Source: an uncultured Gammaproteobacteria bacterium
GTDB taxonomy: Bacteria > Patescibacteriota > Microgenomatia > UBA10105 > UBA927
DNA length: 64,000 bases
NCBI GenBank assembly: GCA_964629685.1
Contig: CAZVTT010000002.1
Coordinates: 51,468-115,467, forward strand
Direction: 5' to 3'
Made by a program: the position numbers and the translations under genes. This document shows positions 48,750 through 58,512 of the stretch, piece by piece. The notes under the pieces were generated by a model that was not told the DNA's origin, did no database searches, and saw only the letters and a list, made by a program, of their open reading frames with translations. How positions within the stretch are numbered: position 1 is the first letter of the stretch; each line of letters starts with the position of its first letter.

Positions 48750-48998
48750 ATGAATGATGATACTCGCAGAAATACAGACACGGATCAGCAACCGTCTCCA
48801 ACACAACCATCTAATCCCGCGAACGATGCAAATGATCCGCGTCGGACATCGGATCCAGGGCAAAAAGGCGGACAGGTATCGGGCCAAAATCGTCAGCCGG
48901 ATGATGATCAGGAAGCAAAAGGAAATCGTCCGACGGTTAGCGGAACTACCACAGTTCCAGGGGATGCCCGGGGGGGCATGCACGGTGGGATGAGATAA
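48750..48998 (+). CDS. small intrinsically disordered hydrophilic protein, KGG-repeat stress-protein-like
   Basis: RBS aaaggaggtga; MNDDTRRNTDTDQQPSP...DPGQKGGQVSGQN...; low complexity with no hydrophobic core. Confidence 0.4.
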   Translation: MNDDTRRNTDTDQQPSPTQPSNPANDANDPRRTSDPGQKGGQVSGQNRQPDDDQEAKGNRPTVSGTTTVPGDARGGMHGGMR

Positions 48999-49076
48999 AA
49001 TCCTACCCTCTATCGCTAAGCGAGATTCGTCTACTTACTTAGCGGTAGAAGAAATTATTTATTAAATAATCTAAAT

Positions 49077-49253
49077 ATGGCTAAATACGGTAAAAAATCA
49101 CAGCAGAAAGTCAGAAAAGCCTTGCACGAAATGCATGAAGGAAAACTTAAGAGTGGGAAAAATGGTAAGAAGGTTACCAATCCCAAGCAAGCTATTGCCA
49201 TAGGATTATCGCAGGCGCGTAAAGCAGGCGGCAAAGTCCCCAAAAAGAAATAA
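49077..49253 (+). CDS. small (58-aa) basic conserved protein (MAKYGKKSQQKVRKALHEMHEGKLKSGKNGKKVTNPKQAIAIGLSQARKAGGKVPKKK)
   Basis: Missed by the ORF track (<60 aa). Resembles a widespread ~60-aa family (xKYSxxAxxKVxxxMHEFKxGxLKSGxxGxKVTxRKQAIAIxLSEARKxGxKVP). Family recalled from memory. Confidence 0.5.
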   Translation: MAKYGKKSQQKVRKALHEMHEGKLKSGKNGKKVTNPKQAIAIGLSQARKAGGKVPKKK

Positions 49254-49320
49254 CAAAGAGTATTTGAAGTAGATTCATATAATTCTAGCGTTTTAGGGCG
49301 CCGCTTGTTACAATTGCTGC

Positions 49321-50394
49321 ATGAATTTGAAAGTCGGGATTGTTGGATTGCCCAACGCCGGGAAGTCTACATTATTTAATGCGCTGTTAAAAAAGCAGGT
49401 AGCGGACGCTGCGCCGTATCCCTTTTGTACTATAGAACCCAATAAGGGCGTGGTGCCGGTTCCGGATGAACGGCTAACAAAACTTGCGGACATTGTCGAG
49501 CAGACAGAAGGCGGTCGTCCGCCGTTGGTTCCCGCGGTAGTGGAATTCGTTGATATTGCCGGATTAGTAAAAGGTGCGTCCGAAGGTGAAGGATTGGGGA
49601 ATAAATTCCTGGCACATATCCGCGAGGTAGACCTGATTTGTCATGTGCTGCGGTTCTTTGATGACGGAGCAGTCATGCACGTTGCCGGCTCGGTAGATGC
49701 CGCCCGGGATAAAGAAATTATCGAAACGGAATTAATATTGGCGGATTTACAAACCTTAAACAAACAGGCGGAACCACGGGGGGTAAAAGAGCGTGATGCT
49801 CAGGCCCGCTGGCAGATCATCGTTCGGCTTAAAACTGCACTGGACACCGGAAAACTGGCCCGTCAGGTGGTAGTAGACCCGGAAGAACAACTGTTAATCC
49901 GGGATTTACAGTTATTAACCATGAAACCGATGATGTATGTGGCGAATGTGAGTGAATCGGTGTTGGGTACGTTTGCAGCAGGACCGGAATTTGAGCCTAT
50001 TGTTCCCATTTCCGCTAAAATCGAACAGGAGTTGTCAACGCTCGCTCCTGAGGAACAACAGGTGTATTTGGAATCACTGGGTGTCACGTCTTCCGGTTTA
50101 GATAGACTCATTACTAAAGCGTATTCATTTTTAGGGTTAATTTCATTTTTAACTTGCGGTATTAAGGAAGCCAGAGCTTGGACAATTACGTCCGGCATGA
50201 AAGCTCCCCAGGCTGCCGGCGTGATTCACACGGATTTTGAAAAAAAGTTTATTAAAGCCGACGTGGTTTCTTTTACCGATTTTGTATCCGCTGTGGGTTG
50301 GGTAAAAGCCCGCGAACAGGGGAAAGCCCGCATGGAAGGCAAAGAATATATTATGCGGGATGGAGATGTGGTAGAGTTTAAAATAGGCAGTTAA
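49321..50394 (+). CDS. ychF: ribosome-binding ATPase YchF
   Basis: [17 protein letters not shown]; C-terminal TGS domain; 357 aa. Confidence 0.95.
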   Translation: MNLKVGIVGLPNAGKSTLFNALLKKQVADAAPYPFCTIEPNKGVVPVPDERLTKLADIVEQTEGGRPPLVPAVVEFVDIAGLVKGASEGEGLGNKFLAHIREVDLICHVLRFFDDGAVMHVAGSVDAARDKEIIETELILADLQTLNKQAEPRGVKERDAQARWQIIVRLKTALDTGKLARQVVVDPEEQLLIRDLQLLTMKPMMYVANVSESVLGTFAAGPEFEPIVPISAKIEQELSTLAPEEQQVYLESLGVTSSGLDRLITKAYSFLGLISFLTCGIKEARAWTITSGMKAPQAAGVIHTDFEKKFIKADVVSFTDFVSAVGWVKAREQGKARMEGKEYIMRDGDVVEFKIGS

Positions 50395-50461
50395 TAATTA
50401 TAGGATATTTATCGTCCACCTCTTGTCAGTACCGGGCGTGACGTGATATCATCCCACTATT

Positions 50462-50779
50462 ATGCGTCAGTACAATCTTATGTTGGTGTTTCGGCCTGAT
50501 TTCGATATAGAAGATTCGAAAAAACGGGACGATCTTATCAAAAAATTACTTAACGGCACGACAGCAACAGTTGCAGAAACTGAAGTTCTCGGAAAAAGGG
50601 AACTCGCCTACGAAATAAATAAATTTCGGGAAGCAAATTATGTTTTGCTTCGCTTAACTGCTGAAAGTTTTCAGCTTGCACCGTTCGAGCAACAGATTAA
50701 ACTAGGTGACACGGTTATCCGCTATCTGCTGACGGTTCGTAAACCGGTTAAAGCAGACACAGCGGAGAGTAAAAAGTAA
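50462..50779 (+). CDS. rpsF: 30S ribosomal protein S6
   Basis: MRQYNLMLVFRPD...; S6-ssb-S18 cluster. Confidence 0.9.
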   Translation: MRQYNLMLVFRPDFDIEDSKKRDDLIKKLLNGTTATVAETEVLGKRELAYEINKFREANYVLLRLTAESFQLAPFEQQIKLGDTVIRYLLTVRKPVKADTAESKK

Positions 50780-50788
50780 GGAGTTGGT

Positions 50789-51262
50789 ATGGCAGCACGG
50801 AGTTTGAATAAAGTAATGCTGATCGGAAATCTGACCCGCGATCCTGAATTACGGTATACTCCCCAAGGCACAGCCGTCTGTACCATCGGATTGGCTACCA
50901 ACCGTTCCTGGTCTACTGAATCAGGTGAGAAAAAAGAAGAAGTAGAATATCACCGTGTAGTGGCCTGGAATAAACTGGCTGAACTGTGTAGTCAGTTATT
51001 AACAAAGGGTAGGAAAATTTATGTAGAAGGCCGTTTGCAAACCCGTTCCTGGCAAGCACAGGACGGATCACAACGGAATACGGTAGAAGTAATAATAGAA
51101 GACATGATTTTGCTGGATTCGCGACGTACAGCCGAAGAAGGGGAAGCACCAGTTGTTACCCGCCCTGCTGCCAGTACGGCAAAAGCTCCTACGGCTCAAC
51201 CGGAAACACCGGTAGCCTCAGAGGCAACAGAAACAGTAAATCCTGATGATATTCCGTTTTAA
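50789..51262 (+). CDS. ssb: single-stranded DNA-binding protein
   Basis: OB fold NKVMLIGNLTRDPELRYTPQG; acidic C-terminal tail DDIPF. Confidence 0.9.
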   Translation: MAARSLNKVMLIGNLTRDPELRYTPQGTAVCTIGLATNRSWSTESGEKKEEVEYHRVVAWNKLAELCSQLLTKGRKIYVEGRLQTRSWQAQDGSQRNTVEVIIEDMILLDSRRTAEEGEAPVVTRPAASTAKAPTAQPETPVASEATETVNPDDIPF

Positions 51263-51295
51263 GCTTTTTTTCAGTTTAGGAGGAAATAATACATT

Positions 51296-51523
51296 ATGAA
51301 ACGCATGATGAAACGAGTAGTTCCGAAAAATTCGACCATTTGGACTCCGACGACGGAGCCGGATTATCTGGATACGACATCCTTGGAAAAGTTTTTATCC
51401 GAGCGGGGTAAGATAATTCCGCGAAGCAAGAGCGGTCTAAGCAGTAAGCAACAACGGGCAGTGACGACAGCCATTAAACGGGCACGACACTTGGCTTTGT
51501 TGCCTTTTTTAGTTAAAGTATAA
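51296..51523 (+). CDS. rpsR: 30S ribosomal protein S18
   Basis: [39 protein letters not shown]. Confidence 0.9.
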   Translation: MKRMMKRVVPKNSTIWTPTTEPDYLDTTSLEKFLSERGKIIPRSKSGLSSKQQRAVTTAIKRARHLALLPFLVKV

Positions 51524-51570
51524 CGACGCAATTGTTACACAAAACGACACGGGGAAGATATTTCGCATTC

Positions 51571-52866
51571 ATGAGTACACTGCCATTTTCCAAAATCCGT
51601 TCATTTGTTATTATCATTGCTTTATTACTCCTGGTGGGAGGAACGGGCTATAGACTGGGCGAGCATAAAGTTTTCGGCCCTAATTCTTCGTCAACATCTT
51701 CCGGTTCAAAAAGTATTATAAACACGGCAGCCCCCGGCGGTTCCAATATCGATTTTGCGATGTTTTGGGATGTATGGCAGCGGTTGTTTAAGTACTATAT
51801 CGATGCTTCCGCCTTGGATAAACAAAAAATGGTATGGGGTGCCATATCGGGAATGGTAAATTCCCTGGACGATCCGTATACGGTATTTTTACCTCCGAAA
51901 GAAAATACTGATTTTAAGGAAGATTTAGGCGGTCAATTTGAAGGTATCGGTGCGCAACTGGGATTAAAAGAAGGCCGGGTTATGGTTATTTCTCCCCTAA
52001 AAGGAAATCCCGCGGAAAAAGCCGGGATTAAGAGCGGGGATTTTATATTAAAAGTAAATGATGAAGATACCAGTGGCTGGACATTACCGGAAGCGGTTTC
52101 CAAAATCAGAGGGAAAAAGGGTACCACGGTAAAGTTAAATATTCTGCACGAAGGTCAGATGAAAGCATCCGATATTACCGTAACCCGCGATGAAATCCGC
52201 GTGCCGTCTGTGGAGTCATGGATTAAATCAGCCGGAGAAATCACGGAAATAACCGGTGTAACCGGAATTGAAGCCCTGAAGAGTAATACCGGAAAAGTCG
52301 GATATATCAGATTAACCCGTTTCGGTGACAATTCAAATCAGGAATGGTTATCCGCAGTAGACCAGATGGTGCAGTCGGGCATCCGTGACGGAAAAGTAAA
52401 GGGTTTAGTGTTCGACTTGCGCGGAAATCCCGGCGGATATTTGCAGGGAGCAGTATTTGTGGCCAGCGAATTTATTCCCAAAGGAACGGTTGTTTCTCAG
52501 GTGAATAGTGACGGAACCAAAGAAGATTATCCGGTAGACCGTAACGGCAGGCTTACTGACATTCCGGTTGTGGTGTTAATAGATAAAGGAAGTGCTTCCG
52601 CTGCCGAAATTGTGGCCGGAGCACTCCGTGACTACAAACGGGCTACATTAGTCGGTGAACAATCATTCGGAAAGGGTTCCGTACAGACGCCTATGGATTT
52701 AAACGGCGGTGCCGGATTACATATTACTACCGGTAAATGGTTATTGCCGAACGGAGATTCCATAAATAAAACCGGAATTAAGCCTGAATTTGAGGTAAAA
52801 TTAGAGAATCCGACTGCTTCTGCCGACGCCCAACTTGCCAAAGCAGTGGAATTATTATTAAAATAA
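51571..52866 (+). CDS. carboxyl-terminal processing protease (S41) with PDZ domain
   Basis: PDZ GIGAQLGL...IKSGDFILKVND; S41 block GLVFDLRGNPGGYL; TM anchor. Confidence 0.85.
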   Translation: MSTLPFSKIRSFVIIIALLLLVGGTGYRLGEHKVFGPNSSSTSSGSKSIINTAAPGGSNIDFAMFWDVWQRLFKYYIDASALDKQKMVWGAISGMVNSLDDPYTVFLPPKENTDFKEDLGGQFEGIGAQLGLKEGRVMVISPLKGNPAEKAGIKSGDFILKVNDEDTSGWTLPEAVSKIRGKKGTTVKLNILHEGQMKASDITVTRDEIRVPSVESWIKSAGEITEITGVTGIEALKSNTGKVGYIRLTRFGDNSNQEWLSAVDQMVQSGIRDGKVKGLVFDLRGNPGGYLQGAVFVASEFIPKGTVVSQVNSDGTKEDYPVDRNGRLTDIPVVVLIDKGSASAAEIVAGALRDYKRATLVGEQSFGKGSVQTPMDLNGGAGLHITTGKWLLPNGDSINKTGIKPEFEVKLENPTASADAQLAKAVELLLK

Positions 52867-52875
52867 TTCGCGCAT

Positions 52876-54051
52876 ATGAAACTTCCAAGACTTTTTGTTT
52901 TCGGAGCCGCAGTAGTTCTTGTGTTGTACGCTTTGGGTAATACCGGAGCAATAGCCTTACCCAAACTGGACTGGAAACAACTAAGCCAGCAGTTACGGTT
53001 ACCCGGTAAGACTACTACTATTCCGTCTTTTGATGCGGAAAATACCAGAGTGGTGAATGAAGAAAGCGTCGTCATAGATGCCGTAGAAAAAGTATCTCCA
53101 TCAGTTGTGACCGTCGGCATTTCCACTACCAGGCGCTCGAACGGATATTTTGAAATAAATCCGTTTGATCCGTTTAGTCCGTTCCGCCAACAACCGGGAT
53201 CTTCCCAAAAAATAGAACAGGATATAGGGACTGGCTTTGTGGTAAGCAAAGACGGGATTATCGTAACCAATAAACACGTGGTTTCCGAGACGGACGCAAC
53301 ATACAGAATTATTACCAAGGATGATAAAACGTATACGGTAGACAGAATTTACCGCGATCCGGTAAACGATTTGGCGATCATAAAAATAAACGCGACGGAC
53401 CTTAAACCTGCAGAATTGGGTGATTCCAGTAAAATTAAGGTTGGTCAGTTGGCGATTGCTATCGGTACCGCGCTGGGTGAATTCAGAAATACGGTTACCA
53501 CTGGAGTAATTTCCGGTGTAGGGAGGGGAATTAGTGCCGGAAGTCCGTTTGAAGGCTCCGTGGAACGACTGGATAACGTGATTCAGACCGATGCGGCAAT
53601 AAACCCCGGTAATTCAGGTGGCCCGCTATTAAATTCCGCCGGTCAGGTTATCGGTATAAACACGGCAGTATCGTCTGAAGGGCAAAATATCGGTTTTGCC
53701 ATTCCGATTAACGTTATCAAGGATTCCATAGATAATTTTAATAAAACAGGGCAATTCGACAGACCGTATTTAGGTGTACGGTACAAGGTGGTGACTAAAG
53801 ATGTTGCCATATTAAACGATATTCCTGAGGGAGCATATATCATGGAGGTGGTAGCTGGTAGTCCTGCCGAAAAATCCGGACTCGAGCAGGGAGATATTGT
53901 TACTAAAATCGGGGACGTACGGTTAAGTGGTGAGAATGCCGAGCTATCAAAAATTATCAGTCAGCGGAAAGCCGGAGAAGCGCTGAACCTTACCATCTGG
54001 CGCGACGGAAAAGAAAACTCGATTACCGTTACGCTGGGAACGCAAAACTAA
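52876..54051 (+). CDS. htrA: HtrA/DegP-family serine protease with PDZ domain
   Basis: GTGFVVSKDGIIVTNKHVV (His), DLAIIKI (Asp), GNSGGPLLN (Ser); C-terminal PDZ. Confidence 0.9.
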   Translation: MKLPRLFVFGAAVVLVLYALGNTGAIALPKLDWKQLSQQLRLPGKTTTIPSFDAENTRVVNEESVVIDAVEKVSPSVVTVGISTTRRSNGYFEINPFDPFSPFRQQPGSSQKIEQDIGTGFVVSKDGIIVTNKHVVSETDATYRIITKDDKTYTVDRIYRDPVNDLAIIKINATDLKPAELGDSSKIKVGQLAIAIGTALGEFRNTVTTGVISGVGRGISAGSPFEGSVERLDNVIQTDAAINPGNSGGPLLNSAGQVIGINTAVSSEGQNIGFAIPINVIKDSIDNFNKTGQFDRPYLGVRYKVVTKDVAILNDIPEGAYIMEVVAGSPAEKSGLEQGDIVTKIGDVRLSGENAELSKIISQRKAGEALNLTIWRDGKENSITVTLGTQN

Positions 54052-54074
54052 CGCGAAGGGAATTTATTTCTCCT

Positions 54075-54794
54075 TTACAGACCACTCTGGAGCATGGCTT
54101 CTGTTACTTTCTGCATTTTGCCTTCCATAATATCCTCCAGATTGTGCCATGATTTATTGATCCGGTGATCCGTAACACGGTTTTGCGGGTAGTTATACGT
54201 TCTGATTTTTTCCGCCCGCATGCCTTTGCCGATAACACTGCGGCTGTCGCTTAACGTTTGTGAATTCTTTATTTCTTCCGCTTCCCAGAGTTTTGCCCGC
54301 AACATAGACAAAGCTACTTGTCGGTTCTGGAATTGATCCCGTTCGTTGCTGCAGCTCACTACGATACCCGTTGGTTTATGACGCAGGCGTACTGCCGAGC
54401 TGACTTTGTTTACATTCTGGCCGCCGTGACCACCAGCACGATGAAAATCCCATTCCAGATCCTCGTTACGGATGTTAATATCCGTCTCCGGAATTTCCGG
54501 GAGTACCGCTACTGTAGCTGTGGATGTGTGAATCCGCCCCTGTCTTTCCGTGGTGGGTATCCGTTGCACGCGGTGTGTGCCTGCTTCATACTGTAGTTTT
54601 GTGAATACTTCGGGACCCTTTATCCTGATAGCAGTTTCGCTTACTGTACTGACTTTCCAGCCGTTAATGTTGGCATAGCGGTTATACATACGGAGTAGAT
54701 CATCAGCCCAGATTTTAGCTTCCTCACCACCGGGACCTGCTCTAAACTCAAGTATGGCAACATCGGTATTCATAGGATAGTTGTACGCAGACAC
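54075..54794 (-). CDS. prfA: class I peptide chain release factor, RF1-like, lacking N-terminal domain 1 (239 aa)
   Basis: GGQ motif (AGGHGGQNVNKV); RF1-type tripeptide region RVQRIPTTERQGRIHTS (PxT = PTT); RTYNYPQNRVTDHRI. GTG start, in frame with rpmE 12 nt upstream. Confidence 0.75.
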   Translation of the reverse strand: MSAYNYPMNTDVAILEFRAGPGGEEAKIWADDLLRMYNRYANINGWKVSTVSETAIRIKGPEVFTKLQYEAGTHRVQRIPTTERQGRIHTSTATVAVLPEIPETDINIRNEDLEWDFHRAGGHGGQNVNKVSSAVRLRHKPTGIVVSCSNERDQFQNRQVALSMLRAKLWEAEEIKNSQTLSDSRSVIGKGMRAEKIRTYNYPQNRVTDHRINKSWHNLEDIMEGKMQKVTEAMLQSGL

Positions 54795-54806
54795 GCCAAA
54801 GGAAAT

Positions 54807-55115
54807 CTACTTGGCACCCATGAGCATGTCTTTGAGGGATCGCGGATTACGCAGCTGTTCCTGTCGTTCGACCTTTTTCTTTTTCTTTTCGGCTAGTTTC
54901 CCGGCTAATTCTACAGCCTGCTTTTGTTTCTGTACGAAGCGGTCTACGCGGCCCAAGGCATCAACGAATTTCATTTCGCCGGTATAGAACGGGTGGCAAT
55001 TTGCACAAATTTCTACTTTAATTTCCGGTTTGGTAGCACCCAGAGTAAATACTGCGCCACAGGCACAGGCAACTCGTGCTTCCGGATACCATTGAGGATG
55101 TACGCCCTGTTTCAT
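54807..55115 (-). CDS. rpmE: 50S ribosomal protein L31 with Lys-rich C-terminal extension
   Basis: HPQWYPEARVACACGAVFTLGATKPEIKVEICANCHPFYTGE...GRVDRF. Ends with a TAG stop that is in frame with the RF1-like gene. Confidence 0.85.
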   Translation of the reverse strand: MKQGVHPQWYPEARVACACGAVFTLGATKPEIKVEICANCHPFYTGEMKFVDALGRVDRFVQKQKQAVELAGKLAEKKKKKVERQEQLRNPRSLKDMLMGAK

Positions 55116-55169
55116 AGACTACGATTATAGCACATTATTTATATATTGTGGAGTATAGGGTAAAGTCGG

Positions 55170-56144
55170 TTATTTCCTGCGTGAATGCTTGGGTTTTTTA
55201 CCTGTTCTCCGTTGCTTTAATTTTTGCCGGCGTTTATATTCTGCCAAAGCCACACCCACAGCAATCAGTACCGCACCGAATATAAAACCTACGGTAACCC
55301 GTTCTCCCAGCCAGAAAAAGGCCAGAGGTGCTGCCCACACGGGGAGCAGATAAGAAAAAATTGCCGCTTCGCCGGCTTCTATATTTTTTAAACCGCGGTG
55401 CCATAGTGTGTACGCTACGGTTCCGGATAGAATCCCCATATACCACACGCCTAAATGAGCAGCAAGCGGAGCTGACACAAGTGCATTCCAGACACCCGGT
55501 GCACCGTGATACCAGACAGCCACGGGTGCTATGGTGGCAAATCCGATCACAAAGCTTAAGTTCGTCATATACAATGGCGACGATTCTTTATTCAGTAATA
55601 CTTTGCTCCAGATAGCCAGAAAAACTCCCAGAAAAACCGACATCAGAACAATAATGTTTCCGGTCATTTCACCCGTAAAATTCTGATGGCTAATATCCGT
55701 CAGCGGCGCAATGATGCTTATACCGGTACCTAATAAGGCAATTATCATACCGATCCGTTCCTGAGAGGTAATTGTTTCATGTAAAAATAATGCTCCCGCA
55801 GCAACGATAAGCAGGGGTTGGACGGCACCCAACACGGTGGCGGATATTGCAGTCGTCTGATCGTATCCGAAAAATAACAAGCCAAGACTAACGGTGGATG
55901 TTAAAAAGCCATATACCAGCATTGATCCGATATTGTTTGGACTGACCCGTTTATTTTGTGTTTGTTTCCGCTCAACAAAAAATGTCAGTATCAGTGCCAG
56001 GGTTGCACTGACGGCAAACCGATAGCTCAGGAATATGAGTGGGGATAGGTCCGAAAGCGTATATTTTATGATCGGACCGGCCGCACCCCAAATCAGGGAC
56101 ACGATAAGTAAATAGATATACGCCTGTATTCTTTTTTGTGACAT
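55170..56144 (-). CDS. EamA-family (DMT superfamily) transporter
   Basis: 10 predicted TM helices; two EamA repeats. Confidence 0.8.
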   Translation of the reverse strand: MSQKRIQAYIYLLIVSLIWGAAGPIIKYTLSDLSPLIFLSYRFAVSATLALILTFFVERKQTQNKRVSPNNIGSMLVYGFLTSTVSLGLLFFGYDQTTAISATVLGAVQPLLIVAAGALFLHETITSQERIGMIIALLGTGISIIAPLTDISHQNFTGEMTGNIIVLMSVFLGVFLAIWSKVLLNKESSPLYMTNLSFVIGFATIAPVAVWYHGAPGVWNALVSAPLAAHLGVWYMGILSGTVAYTLWHRGLKNIEAGEAAIFSYLLPVWAAPLAFFWLGERVTVGFIFGAVLIAVGVALAEYKRRQKLKQRRTGKKPKHSRRK

Positions 56145-56161
56145 GGGCAGTGCCTTTGGTT

Positions 56162-57379
56162 TTATGAACCGGTTGTAAACCGTTTTATAACGGCGTCAAC
56201 CGCGATCACTTCCTGTTGGTTCGTTTTCATATCTTTTATTTTAAGGACATTCCCGGCCACTTCCTCCGGTCCCTGGATAATGACGTACGGAATGCTTTTT
56301 TTGTCTGCGTATTTCAATTGCTTTTCCAGTTTGGCATCCGGCTGTAAATATATTTCCGTGGAAACCCCCGCACCACGCAGTGCTGCGGTTATTTCCAGTG
56401 CCTGCGGCAGTAAATCCGGTGCAAATATGGTAACCAGAACCTGCGTTTTGGTTGATTGGACTCTGGTTAATTTTAATTCTTCGAGTGCATCCAGTATTCG
56501 GTCAAATCCAAATGCCACACCGATGGCGGGAAGCTCTTTTCCGCTAAATTGTCCTATTAATCGGTCGTAGCGGCCGCCGCCGGCCAATGATCCTCCGGTA
56601 TACGCCGGTACTTTCAATTCAAAAATAGTACTGGTGTAATAATCCAGACCGCGGGCTAAAAACGGATCAAAGCGGAAATCTATATCCCTGCGGAAGCCAC
56701 TGGCTTCCAAAGCCGAAAATATACCGGCTAATCTTTCCGTAATCCGGCTTCCTTCCAATGTGGTAAGGAGGGCTTCGGGATTTTCCCTCCCGGTTTTCCC
56801 TAATTCGGAAATTACCGCAGTGCGGCCTATTTTATCAAGCTTATCGAGAATAATTATTTCCGTTTTCGTCAGTTGCAGTACATCAAAAATGGTGCGGTCA
56901 TTAATAAGCATTATCGGTTGCGGTAAGCCCAATCGTTTAGCCACAGTCAGTACGCATAATATAATTTCGGCATCTGCCAGCGCCGCATCCGTTCCCACCG
57001 TGTCAATATCGCATTGCAGAAACTCACGGTAGCGACCTTTTTGGGTATTTTCCGCACGCCAGACAGGTTGGATTTGGTAGCGTTTAAACGGCAGGGGAAG
57101 TTCCGGATATTGTGCTATAACCCGGGAGAACGGGACTGTTTGATCGTAACGTAATCCTACTTTTCGTTGTCCGTTATCTTCAAAAAGATACAGCAACTTA
57201 TCGGCTTCGCTGCCGTATTTTCCCAATAATGTCTCCGCATATTCCAGCGCCGGCGTTTCCAGCGGATCAAACCCGAATAGTTCAAAAACGGAACGGATGG
57301 TGGAAATTAGCTCCTGCCGTTGAATTGCCATTGGGGGCAGAAAGTCGCGAAATCCTTTTAATGTTTGTGGTTTAATCAT
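56162..57379 (-). CDS. hisS: histidyl-tRNA synthetase
   Basis: LKGFRDFLP; class II motifs; C-terminal anticodon-binding domain. Confidence 0.9.
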   Translation of the reverse strand: MIKPQTLKGFRDFLPPMAIQRQELISTIRSVFELFGFDPLETPALEYAETLLGKYGSEADKLLYLFEDNGQRKVGLRYDQTVPFSRVIAQYPELPLPFKRYQIQPVWRAENTQKGRYREFLQCDIDTVGTDAALADAEIILCVLTVAKRLGLPQPIMLINDRTIFDVLQLTKTEIIILDKLDKIGRTAVISELGKTGRENPEALLTTLEGSRITERLAGIFSALEASGFRRDIDFRFDPFLARGLDYYTSTIFELKVPAYTGGSLAGGGRYDRLIGQFSGKELPAIGVAFGFDRILDALEELKLTRVQSTKTQVLVTIFAPDLLPQALEITAALRGAGVSTEIYLQPDAKLEKQLKYADKKSIPYVIIQGPEEVAGNVLKIKDMKTNQQEVIAVDAVIKRFTTGS

Positions 57380-57420
57380 AAAACTCCTTTATTATGAGCA
57401 GAAATATGTCGGATTGCTTG

Positions 57421-58494
57421 TTATAGTTTAGTCGGTATTTTCGGTGCCTGACTGAGTATTTCTACGCCAGCTGAAGTTAAGCGTACCAAATCCTCAATTC
57501 TGATACCATATTCTCCCTCTACATAAATTCCCGGTTCGACCGAAAAAATCATACCAGTTTCTACTGTTTCATCGTACATTTCTGACAGTCGTGGCCCTTC
57601 ATGAATATCCAATCCGACGTTGTGACCCAGACTATGCGGATAAACCGGAAAACCACGGGCGGTAATTTCCGCTTTGGCAGCTTTGTCTAAAACGGCTCCG
57701 GATCGTTCTCCGTTAGCCAGGAGTTGTAACGCTTTCTCCTGACCAGCGAGAGTGGCTTCATAGGCGCTCATCACTGTCTCCGACGGTGTACCCACAAATA
57801 CCACTCTGGTCATATCGGCACAGTATCCGTTTATGCGTGCACCAAAGTCCATCAGGACTGCCGAATCTTCCTGCAGCGTGCAGTTCCTACGGGGAGCGTA
57901 ATGCGGCTGACTGGCGTTTTTACCGAAGGCCACAATTGGTGCAAATGCCAGCTCCGCATTGCGTTCCTTAAAGTATTTCTCAATCTGCCAGGCTATATAT
58001 GTCTCGGAAACTCCGGGTCGGAGGAGTTCACATATTGCCGCATAACACTCATCAGTAAGGATGCAGGCTTTCCGGATGTGAGCGACTTCGTCATCCCGCT
58101 TTATCATGCGCATACGTTCTATCTGCGGTAATGCCGGCGACCATTGTACCGACGGTAGTTTGGATACCAGTCGGTTGTATTCTGCCACGGTGATTTCCTG
58201 ATCTTCAAAACCTATTTTTTTTATTTGTTCAGCCTCGACTATTTCTGACAATAAAACGGATAATGGTTTACCGGGACCCATTATTTTTACCGTCCAGTCC
58301 TGCTTGTCGGCCGTGAGTTCTTTGGCTTTCTCGGCATAAAGTGGGTTCGTAAAAAGGTACGTTTTATTCTTTCCGATCAGTAACTGAGCCTCCCGATGTC
58401 CTGCTTCCACGGGAATAAATCCACTTAAGTACCGTACGTTGGTTTGATTGCTGACGAGTAGGGCATCTATGTCGGGTAATAATTCGGATTTCAT
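57421..58494 (-). CDS. M24-family Xaa-Pro aminopeptidase/prolidase
   Basis: HSLGHNVGLDIHE; VEPGIYVEGEYGIRIED metal-ligand blocks. Confidence 0.85.
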   Translation of the reverse strand: MKSELLPDIDALLVSNQTNVRYLSGFIPVEAGHREAQLLIGKNKTYLFTNPLYAEKAKELTADKQDWTVKIMGPGKPLSVLLSEIVEAEQIKKIGFEDQEITVAEYNRLVSKLPSVQWSPALPQIERMRMIKRDDEVAHIRKACILTDECYAAICELLRPGVSETYIAWQIEKYFKERNAELAFAPIVAFGKNASQPHYAPRRNCTLQEDSAVLMDFGARINGYCADMTRVVFVGTPSETVMSAYEATLAGQEKALQLLANGERSGAVLDKAAKAEITARGFPVYPHSLGHNVGLDIHEGPRLSEMYDETVETGMIFSVEPGIYVEGEYGIRIEDLVRLTSAGVEILSQAPKIPTKL

Positions 58495-58512
58495 ATACCT
58501 ATTGTACGTGGT

